Below, piece by piece: positions 33,006-39,146 of a stretch of 55,570 nt of DNA. The stretch is from contig JAGGXV010000022.1 in NCBI GenBank assembly GCA_021162885.1, positions 1-55,570 of the forward strand. The letters are read 5' to 3'. The stretch is from a bacterium (GTDB lineage Bacteria > Patescibacteriota > Minisyncoccia > Minisyncoccales > CG1-02-41-26). The notes under the pieces were generated by a model. It was not told where the DNA came from. It was given only the letters and a program-made list of their open reading frames with translations, and ran no database searches. The translations under genes were made by a program, and so were the position numbers. The stretch's first letter is position 1. Each line of letters starts with the position of its first letter.

Positions 33006-33681
33006 AAATAATAAAAATAAAGAAATTGCTAAAATTTTAAGAGAAATTAAAGATTACCTTTTACTTTTAAGAGGCACACCCTACAGACCAAGAGCTTATG
33101 AGAGAGCGGCAGAAATATTAGAAAATTTTAATCAAGATATCGCAACAATTTATAAAAATAAAGGTTTAAAAAGCCTTCAAGGAATTAGAGGTATTGGCAA
33201 AAGCATTGCCAAGAAAATTGAAGAATATCTAAAAACAAAGAAAATAAAATATCTTGAAGATTTAAAAGAGAAAACAAAAATTCAGCAAATTGTTACCCAT
33301 TATTTTAAAACAAAAGGATTAAGTTTAGAACAAATCAAAAAAGACGCCAAAAAGAAAAAAATAATTTATTCTCGCTATACTAAACCCGCAAAACAACTTT
33401 TGGAGTTAGCCGGTTCTGTTGAGAAAGCGAAAAAAGCCCTTGATGTGGTCGCTGAATGGGCAAAATCAAGGGGTTTAGATTATGCTATTGAGACAGTTTT
33501 TAAAAAATGGTTAGAACTTGACAGATTGAAGCCAAAAGAGATAATCAAAAAACCATTCTATGAAGGAAATCCTATGGTTTGGTCCCAAACCCACAAAAAG
33601 TGGTATGTGATTGATGAAAATGGAGAATGGTTAGAATTTGTTGGTAAAGAGGAAGACATCGAATGGCGCACAATTAAATAA
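32995..33681 (+). CDS. helix-hairpin-helix protein resembling the PolX N-terminal (8-kDa lyase-like) domain, plus uncharacterised C-terminal domain
   Basis: 228 aa. It reads IAKILREIKDYLLLLRGTPYRPRAYERAAEIL ... LQGIRGIGKSIAKKIEEYL. It overlaps amrA by 11 nt. Confidence 0.6.
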   Translation: MANENNKNKEIAKILREIKDYLLLLRGTPYRPRAYERAAEILENFNQDIATIYKNKGLKSLQGIRGIGKSIAKKIEEYLKTKKIKYLEDLKEKTKIQQIVTHYFKTKGLSLEQIKKDAKKKKIIYSRYTKPAKQLLELAGSVEKAKKALDVVAEWAKSRGLDYAIETVFKKWLELDRLKPKEIIKKPFYEGNPMVWSQTHKKWYVIDENGEWLEFVGKEEDIEWRTIK

Positions 33682-33684
33682 CCC

Positions 33685-33746
33685 TACGAATTACGAATAC
33701 AACACTAATTACGAATATTCGTAATTCGATAAAATTCGTAATTCGT
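33685..33746 (+). repeat. palindromic AATTCGT-heptamer intergenic cassette (copy E) between the HhH gene stop and fmt start
   Basis: tacgaattacgaat (33685-98), taattacgaat|attcgtaattcga (33706-29) and aattcgtaattcgt (33733-46). It aligns over nearly its whole length with the reverse complement of copy A. Confidence 0.9.
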
Positions 33747-33756
33747 GAAGAAGTTT

Positions 33757-34734
33757 ATGAAAATTATATTTATGGGAACTCCTGAGTTTGGAGCGATTAT
33801 TTTGGAAAAACTTGCTGAAACCCCCTTCAAGCCAATTTTAGTTGTCACCTCTCCTGACAAGCCAGTAGGCAGAAAACAAATTCTAACTCCCCCACCGGTC
33901 AAAGTCATTGCACAGAAATATGGTATTCCAGTTGAGCAACCCGATGAAATTGAAAATTGTAAATTGAAAATTGAAAACTTAAAACCGGATTTAGGGATAG
34001 TGGCCGCCTATGGCAAAATTTTACCAAAAGACATATTAAATATTCCCAAATTTGGTTTTCTCAATGTCCATCCTTCCCTTCTTCCCAAATACCGAGGTCC
34101 CTCTCCCATTCGGTCTGTCATTTTAGAGAACGAGGAAGAAACCGGGGTGACCATAATTTTAATGGACGAGAAAATGGACCACGGACCGATTTTAAAGCAA
34201 AAGGGATTAAAATTAAGGGGAGAAGAAACCTTTGAAAAACTTACTAAAGATTTAGCTGAACTGGGTTCAACTCTTTTGATAAATACCATTCCGTTTTGGT
34301 TGAAGGGTGTGATTGAACCCCGACCCCAAGATGAAAGAGAAGCCACTTACACTAAAATTTTTACCAGAGAAGATGGTGAGATTAACTGGCAAAAATCAGC
34401 CGAGCAAATTGAACGAGAAATAAGAGCTTTTTATCCCTGGCCCGGTAGTTATACATTTTGGAGGAGAGTTGGCAAATGGGGAAGAAGAAGCGAAACCTTG
34501 AGAATAAAAATCATAAAGGCAAAAGTTTCAAAGTCCTCAGGGATTCTTTATCCCATTGGCAAAACCATTGCAGGACCCGATAACAAATTTTATGTTCAGT
34601 GTGGTGGTCTTCCCTATAGAGCCCCCAGAGATTTCTTGTTGGTTGAAAAACTACAACTCGAAGGAAAAAAACCAGTAACTTCCGAAGAATTTTTAAGGGG
34701 CTACCCTGATTTCATTGGCACCATCCTTCAATAA
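33757..34734 (+). CDS. fmt: methionyl-tRNA formyltransferase
   Basis: Motifs are MKIIFMGTPEFG, NVHPSLLPKYRGPSPI and MDEKMDHGPIL. I prefer the ATG at 33757 over the GTG at 33745. Confidence 0.92.
   Translation: MKIIFMGTPEFGAIILEKLAETPFKPILVVTSPDKPVGRKQILTPPPVKVIAQKYGIPVEQPDEIENCKLKIENLKPDLGIVAAYGKILPKDILNIPKFGFLNVHPSLLPKYRGPSPIRSVILENEEETGVTIILMDEKMDHGPILKQKGLKLRGEETFEKLTKDLAELGSTLLINTIPFWLKGVIEPRPQDEREATYTKIFTREDGEINWQKSAEQIEREIRAFYPWPGSYTFWRRVGKWGRRSETLRIKIIKAKVSKSSGILYPIGKTIAGPDNKFYVQCGGLPYRAPRDFLLVEKLQLEGKKPVTSEEFLRGYPDFIGTILQ
33952..33979. repeat. GAAAATT-type heptamer block inside fmt
   Basis: gaaaatt gtaaatt gaaaatt gaaaact. It encodes IENCKLKIEN, and murC has the same peptide stretch. 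Confidence 0.9.
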
Positions 34735-34798
34735 CTTATGTAGTTTTTATTCTCAATCCCGCACTCTCTTCTTTTGCTCTCACCTTCCCCCCCTTTTT

Positions 34799-35596
34799 TT
34801 AACACGAAAAAAGCCCGACTCCGGGCTTTTTTGTATTTGCTGCGGGGTTTGGATTCGAACCAAAATCAGAGGAGCCAAGGTCCTCGGTGCTACCATTACA
34901 CCACCCCGCAATTTTTTTTGACATTTTATGAACTCCCTCAATCCAACCTGCTATTTTTCTATTAAAATTTATACTCTTTCTAACTTTAATCCTCAATAGT
35001 CCAAAATATTTTTCTCCTATATTTTTTCTTTTTGTATTAATTTTATGCTTTTTCCAGGTAATTTTTTGAAAATTTTCTATAGGAAAACCTGTAACTTTCG
35101 ACCAATATCGTCGCACTCTCTTTAATTTATCTTTAGCGGTTTCGTGAAGATAAATACGGAAATAAATTTCTGATTTTGGTATTTTACAAATCTCCAAGAG
35201 CCATCTTAAAAAGACTTTTATCAAATATGGATCTGAGTTTCCTAAATCCACCAAGCTACCTTTCTCTTTTTCCTTGTGTCCTTCTGCCCAATAAAGTGCT
35301 ACCCCAAATAACCAAAGGTCTCTTTCACTGATATTTCCTATTTCATTTCTTGCTTTCTCTTTTATCTCTTCCGTAATGATCTTTCTCTGATTTCTCCTTT
35401 TAAGAGCTCCCCTAAGAGCAGCTAATAGTTTCCTTTTTGTTAATCTTTGTTTTTGCCTCCTACTTAGCCCAACACTTCTCAACCATAACGAGAGAGTTGA
35501 CTTAGCTACTGGGATTTTCTTTAAAATCTCACTGTAAGAATACCCCTCTCTTCGTAATTTTATTGCTTGCTCTTTTTCTTTAAGTTTAGGTATCAT
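34799..35596 (-). CDS. HTH plus LAGLIDADG-like endonuclease-fold protein; ORF reads through tRNA-Gln and its terminator
   Basis: 265-aa ORF. The N-terminal HTH is GYSYSEILKKIPVAKSTLSLWL. The LAGLIDADG-like block is LWLFGVALYWAEGHK. The last 37 codons (IAGWCNGSTEDLGSSDFGSNPNP...) are the tRNA and hairpin sequence translated. Confidence 0.5.
   Translation of the reverse strand: MIPKLKEKEQAIKLRREGYSYSEILKKIPVAKSTLSLWLRSVGLSRRQKQRLTKRKLLAALRGALKRRNQRKIITEEIKEKARNEIGNISERDLWLFGVALYWAEGHKEKEKGSLVDLGNSDPYLIKVFLRWLLEICKIPKSEIYFRIYLHETAKDKLKRVRRYWSKVTGFPIENFQKITWKKHKINTKRKNIGEKYFGLLRIKVRKSINFNRKIAGWIEGVHKMSKKIAGWCNGSTEDLGSSDFGSNPNPAANTKKPGVGLFSC
34806..34832. terminator. bidirectional hairpin terminator (serves tRNA-Gln and fmt)
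   Basis: aaaaaa-gcccg-actc-cgggc-tttttt. Confidence 0.7.
34840..34910 (-). tRNA. tRNA-Gln (anticodon UUG), no encoded CCA
   Basis: Hand-folded. Acceptor UGCGGGG/CCCCGCA with U1-A72 and G73, D stem GUGU/GCAC, anticodon stem GAGGA/UCCUC with loop CCUUGGC, T arm UUUGG-UUCGAAU-CCAAA. Position 33 reads C rather than U. Confidence 0.85.
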
Positions 35597-35658
35597 AATG
35601 AACTACGGTTATCATTTATTTAATCCTATCATCGTGGTTCAAAATTGTAAAGGTCTAT

Positions 35659-36774
35659 TTACTCACTTCCTGACTTCTGGCAAATTTCAACAATGGCGAG
35701 TTCCAGAGGAAGTTGCGGGATTGAGGAGAATTTCATCTTATTTTCAGCTTCCATAAATTTTTCAAGGATTTGCTGAAGTTCCATATCAGAAAAACTTTTT
35801 GCCAAGTTTTTAACTTCTTCTTTTTCTTCTTGGGAGAGGCCGAAAAATAAGGGATTTTGAAATTGAGAATCAATTTTTAAAAGAAGAATTTCCCTTAGGT
35901 ATTGAATTAATGATTTGGTAAACTCCTTGAGGTCAATTCCTTTGAAAATAATTTCGTTCAAAAACTCAACAGCCTCTTTGGCTTTTTTTTGATTGAGAAA
36001 ATTCAAAAACTTGAAAATAACTGCTTTGTCAGCAATCCCCAAAAGTTTTTCAACGATTTCTTTTCTAACTTCTCTGTCTTTGCCAGAAAAGCTGACAACT
36101 TCATCCAAAAGGGATTCGGCATCCCGGATTGAACCGGTAGCTGAAAGAGCAATCAAATTTAAGGCCTCTTTTTCAAAATTTATTTTCTCTTTTTTCAAAA
36201 TTGTTTCCAGTCTGTCAATAATTTCTGACACTTTCAATCTTCGGAAATCAAATCTCTGGCATCTTGAAACAATAGTTGGAATCATTTTATGGGCTTCAGT
36301 GGTAGCCAAAACAAAAATAGCGTGCGAAGGCGGCTCTTCCAGGGTCTTCAACAAAGCATTAGCGGCCTCTCTAGTTAACTGGTGGGACTCGTCAATTATA
36401 AAAACTTTATATTTTGATTTTGTTGGCACAAACCTGATGCCCTCTCTCAAATCCCTTATTTCGTCAATCCCTCGGTTACTGGCAGCGTCAATTTCAATCA
36501 AATCAATAGCATTTCCCTGATTGATTTCTGCGCAAGAATCACACTGGTTGCAAGGCTCAGCTTCCCCTTCTTTTCGATTTTTGCAATTGACGGCTTTAGC
36601 TAAAAGTCGAGCCAAAGTGGTCTTACCAACTCCGCGCGGGCCGGCAAACAAATAAGCGTGAGAAACCATTCCCGAAGAAATCGCATTACTCAGCGTTCTA
36701 ACCACATGCTCTTGCCCTACAATTTCAGCAAAGGTTTTTGGTCTGTACTTTCTGTATAATACTAAATTTGTCAT
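35659..36774 (-). CDS. dnaX: DNA polymerase III subunit gamma/tau (short form)
   Basis: 371 aa. Motifs are HAYLFAGPRGVGKTT, a zinc module CNQCDSC, VFIIDESH and SRCQRFDF. Confidence 0.93.
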   Translation of the reverse strand: MTNLVLYRKYRPKTFAEIVGQEHVVRTLSNAISSGMVSHAYLFAGPRGVGKTTLARLLAKAVNCKNRKEGEAEPCNQCDSCAEINQGNAIDLIEIDAASNRGIDEIRDLREGIRFVPTKSKYKVFIIDESHQLTREAANALLKTLEEPPSHAIFVLATTEAHKMIPTIVSRCQRFDFRRLKVSEIIDRLETILKKEKINFEKEALNLIALSATGSIRDAESLLDEVVSFSGKDREVRKEIVEKLLGIADKAVIFKFLNFLNQKKAKEAVEFLNEIIFKGIDLKEFTKSLIQYLREILLLKIDSQFQNPLFFGLSQEEKEEVKNLAKSFSDMELQQILEKFMEAENKMKFSSIPQLPLELAIVEICQKSGSE

Positions 36775-36802
36775 AAATTTTATTCATTTTATTCGTCTAC
36801 CC

Positions 36803-36860
36803 ACCCCGTTAGATAATTTCGCTTTTAGCAAAATTCCTGCTTTACAGGATTTAACAGGGT
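36803..36860 (-). ncRNA. candidate structured 5' leader of dnaX (small three-way junction)
   Basis: On the minus strand, P1 is ACCCUGUUA/UAACGGGGU, P2 is CCUG-UAAAG-CAGG and P3 is UUUUGC-UAAAA-GCGAAA. I recognise no known family. Confidence 0.3.
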
Positions 36861-36867
36861 AAATGAA

Positions 36868-36882
36868 AATTCGTAATTCGTA
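36868..36882 (-). repeat. half copy (left arm) of the AATTCGT cassette directly after the gtrA-like stop
   Basis: The minus strand reads TAA-CTCTACGAATTACGAAT. Copies A and E have the same stop-codon-abutting start. Confidence 0.8.
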
Positions 36883-36885
36883 GAG

Positions 36886-37536
36886 TTATTTTTTAAATAT
36901 AATAAATTTGTAGCTTGAAAAGTTCCAGATGCAAGCACAAAGAACGGCTACAAAAGCTCCGATATTTGCCCAGATTAGCGGAGAAATTCCCAGCTTTGGG
37001 CCTATAACATTAACAATCAGAGAAGCCACTCCAACATTTATTAAAAAGCCAATTCCAGTTGCTAAATAAAATTTAGAAAACTCCCCTGCCCCAACTTTGG
37101 TTTCTTTCTTTTGAAAGGTCCAGAATTTATTCCAAAGATAAGAATTAAAAGTTGCTGAACTGAAAGAGATTGCTTTAAAAACCGAATACTCCCAACCAGC
37201 CATGGTTTGACTGAGCCACATCAGAAGATTCAAAACTCCAAAATCAATAAAGGTATTCAGAGAACCAACTAAAGCGAATTTAAAAAATTGAAAAATGGCA
37301 ACTACTCTTTCTTTAAAAAGTGAACCCACTAAAATGTAGATTAAAGCTAACAAAGGCAAGATTATTGGTAAAAATTTTAGAGCAAAATTTAAAGGAACAA
37401 ACAAAAACCCCATTCTTACCTTCTGAAGAAAATTTGCTAAATCAAAACCAATTGCCCTGAGAATTGCCAATAGCAACCAAGCATCGGCTTCAGCAATAAT
37501 AATTGGCGCTATAATATCAACTTTCTTTAAACGCAT
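36886..37536 (-). CDS. GtrA-family membrane protein
   Basis: 216 aa and polytopic. The GtrA-like segment is FKFALVGSLNTFIDFGVLNLLMW. The C-terminus is WNFSSYKFIIFKK. Confidence 0.75.
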   Translation of the reverse strand: MRLKKVDIIAPIIIAEADAWLLLAILRAIGFDLANFLQKVRMGFLFVPLNFALKFLPIILPLLALIYILVGSLFKERVVAIFQFFKFALVGSLNTFIDFGVLNLLMWLSQTMAGWEYSVFKAISFSSATFNSYLWNKFWTFQKKETKVGAGEFSKFYLATGIGFLINVGVASLIVNVIGPKLGISPLIWANIGAFVAVLCACIWNFSSYKFIIFKK

Positions 37537-37644
37537 ATTTAATCATTTTAGCAAAAGAAAGTTAACATAGCAAGACAAAATTATCACTCAACCACAATTC
37601 CATAACTCTCCCCGATCCTGAACTTTTGTAGAAAATAAAGTTTA

Positions 37645-37695
37645 ATTTAAAAGTCCCCGAATAGTACTCGAAACTAATTACGATTACGGGGACTT
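37645..37695 (-). terminator. hairpin terminator at the end of the micro-island
   Basis: The 9-bp stem is aagtccccg (37651-59) / cggggactt (37687-95) with a 27-nt loop. The minus strand continues TTTTAAATT. Confidence 0.55.
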
Positions 37696-37700
37696 ATATT

Positions 37701-37848
37701 TATCTTTTGATTTTGATTCCTCTCCGGAATCATGGCAGAGATATAACTGCGAGGAAACTTTACCGCCCTTTCTCACCGCCGTATGGTTTTAGCGGGAATC
37801 ACGGCTTACGACCCTTCCCAGGACCGGGTAGAACTTCTATTCTACCTT
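37701..37848 (-). ncRNA. GC-rich structured segment (3' UTR element or independent small RNA) downstream of the 121-aa gene
   Basis: Local G+C is roughly one half against about one third for the flanks. It contains consecutive hairpins GGTAGAA/TTCTACC (37829-48), GGGAA/TTCCC (37793-818), GCAG/CTGC and GATTCC/GGAATC (37715-31). No ORF is present on either strand. Confidence 0.45.
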
Positions 37849-38202
37849 CACTGTAGCTTTTCCATCCAGTGCGGCTTGAAGAATTCTCCCGATAGCCCCT
37901 GTTTCATTAGAAGCAAAATACTGAATTGAATTTTCCCCTGCCTTTTCAGGTAAAGGTATAATCTCAATCCATTCCTTACGAGTTCTATCCCAGAGATCTA
38001 CGCTTCTCGATCTTACTCTCATCTTTAGCTTGCCAATTCCTTTAAAGTCAGCAGTCAAATTAATTTGTGCGTTCGCTTTTTCCGCTCGTTCAATAAGTTC
38101 TTCAAGAAGATTAGTACGTTTCTGTTCTTTAGTTTGGACTTCCTGTTTCTGTTGTTCCTTCTCTGCGAGCAACTGATCCACTTTTTTAAGAAACTCTTCC
38201 AT
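37837..38202 (-). CDS. hypothetical protein with N-terminal coiled coil
   Basis: 121-aa ORF with a strong SD (AAAGGAGGTGATAAGGGATG) and its own promoter. I recognise no motif. Confidence 0.6.
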   Translation of the reverse strand: MEEFLKKVDQLLAEKEQQKQEVQTKEQKRTNLLEELIERAEKANAQINLTADFKGIGKLKMRVRSRSVDLWDRTRKEWIEIIPLPEKAGENSIQYFASNETGAIGRILQAALDGKATVKVE

Positions 38203-38333
38203 CCCTTATCACCTCCTTTTAAATTCTAGATTTTTTCATTAAATCCCGTGAATAGAATTGATCTTAGCTACTTCTTTAGTTTTTAATTTGCTGTCTCAAG
38301 AATTAAGTATCTTTATTTCTTTGAGAGATTTGC

Positions 38334-38362
38334 ATCATATCAAAAATATTTTATTCTGTCAA
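38334..38362 (-). promoter_or_regulatory. near-consensus sigma70-type promoter for the 121-aa gene
   Basis: On the minus strand, TTGACA (38362-57) is followed by 17 nt and then TATGAT (38339-34). This leaves a leader of about 125 nt. Confidence 0.65.
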
Positions 38363-38469
38363 GGCCGATGAATGGTTCAGGACCTTGGAAACATCTAGAG
38401 AAATTGGTATAAAATTCCATAATTTTGCATGATCGTGAAGAATAGTAGAATGAAAGAAGCTAACTAAAA

Positions 38470-38510
38470 TCAAAAAGTCCTCCTCAGATGCTCGAAATCT
38501 TGGGGAGGAC
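38470..38510 (-). terminator. rho-independent terminator after the zinc-ribbon gene
   Basis: gtcctcc (38477-83) pairs with ggaggac (38504-10), with inner agat/atct pairs. The minus strand continues TTTTTGATTTT. Confidence 0.65.
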
Positions 38511-38527
38511 CTAGAGAATGACTCAAG

Positions 38528-38782
38528 CTACTTCCATAATCTCATACATTGTACCTCCACGGGATCAGCCGGTGTATCTCCACAATTGGGGACCTCGAAC
38601 GGTTCCTCAATCATTATCAGTCCTCGACCACGTATCCAACGGAACTCAGCTTCACAAAAAGGGCACTCATAGTCGGCTGTCACACTGGTCCAGTATCGTC
38701 TCCCTGTGCTTTTATCCTTAAGTTCTTCAGCTACTTCAGTATCGACTAATTCCAAATTACACCCGCAAATCGGGCATAGCAT
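38528..38782 (-). CDS. small zinc-ribbon protein
   Basis: The two Cys pairs are CPICGC and CPFCEAEF. I prefer the ATG at 38782, 7 nt after GGAGGT; the ORF-track GTG at 38791 overlaps the SD. Confidence 0.6.
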   Translation of the reverse strand: MLCPICGCNLELVDTEVAEELKDKSTGRRYWTSVTADYECPFCEAEFRWIRGRGLIMIEEPFEVPNCGDTPADPVEVQCMRLWK

Positions 38783-38819
38783 AACAAACACCTCCTTTAA
38801 TTTTTAATATATTTACATA

Positions 38820-39002
38820 TTACCTTCTCCATACCTTATAATATCTCAGATCTAATCCAAATAGAATCGAGATACCCACTCCTATCTTTGCTAACATTCT
38901 AAGCCACACAGGTTCAATAATATCCACACTAGGAACCAATAAAATTCCAAAAAAGACTAAAAACCCTGACAGAAAATTCATTAAATTCCTTAACATTTTC
39001 AA
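38820..39002 (-). CDS. small two-TM membrane protein
   Basis: 60 aa with hydrophobic segments FLSGFLVFFGILLV and IGVGISILFGL. The SD is TTAAGGAGGTTGAAAATG. Confidence 0.55.
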   Translation of the reverse strand: MKMLRNLMNFLSGFLVFFGILLVPSVDIIEPVWLRMLAKIGVGISILFGLDLRYYKVWRR

Positions 39003-39027
39003 CCTCCTTAATTTTTAATTTACTCCG

Positions 39028-39067
39028 TTTCAAGAGTTTCAAGAGTTAAAAATCTCTATTCTCTTGA
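39028..39067 (-). promoter_or_regulatory. leader with 9-bp tandem repeat and alternative pairing partner
   Basis: tttcaagag occurs twice (39028-36, 39037-45). Either copy can pair with ctcttga (39061-67) in the 5' UTR of the small-gene operon. Confidence 0.4.
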
Positions 39068-39078
39068 GACGCATCTAC

Positions 39079-39107
39079 ATTATAGCAAATATATTTCGTT
39101 ATGTCAA
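39079..39107 (-). promoter_or_regulatory. consensus sigma70-type promoter for the membrane-peptide/zinc-ribbon operon
   Basis: On the minus strand, TTGACA (39107-02) is followed by 17 nt and then TATAAT (39084-79). Confidence 0.7.
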
Positions 39108-39110
39108 GGG

Positions 39111-39139
39111 TTGCAGTTTTGGAGGCGCTAGTGTATTAT
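39111..39139 (+). promoter_or_regulatory. candidate cysS promoter, back-to-back with the island promoter
   Basis: TTGCAG (39111-16) is followed by 17 nt and then TATTAT (39134-39). Only 7 nt separate the -10 from the cysS ATG, so the mRNA may be leaderless. Confidence 0.5.
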
Positions 39140-39146
39140 TATATAT

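Noticed and set aside
34921-34965. The sequence upstream of tRNA-Gln (minus strand AGCAGGTTGGATTGAGGGAG) vaguely resembles the tRNA 5' half. That would suggest an attachment-site duplication.
   Set aside because: Only about half of ~21 aligned positions match. This is not distinguishable from chance.
36781-36885. I expected an SRP (4.5S/ffs) RNA gene upstream of dnaX.
   Set aside because: There is no GNAR tetraloop or the adjacent conserved loop motifs, and the foldable segment is only ~58 nt. AGCAGG alone is not diagnostic.
37795-37815. The plus-strand GGGAATCACGGCTTACGA resembles the conserved RNase P RNA 3' P4 strand (ACAGAAnnCGGCUUA). AAAGTCCCCG at 37650 resembles the 5' GAAAGUCC strand, and a P1-like pairing is possible between 37611-37620 and 37820-37829.
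   Set aside because: The candidate would be only ~220 nt. I could not find the other universal modules (GGGUGAAA/GUAAGAGC region, GGAGCAAG, P15-type loop). AAGTCCCCG instead forms a perfect local hairpin with 37687-37695. It is kept only as an unclassified structured RNA.
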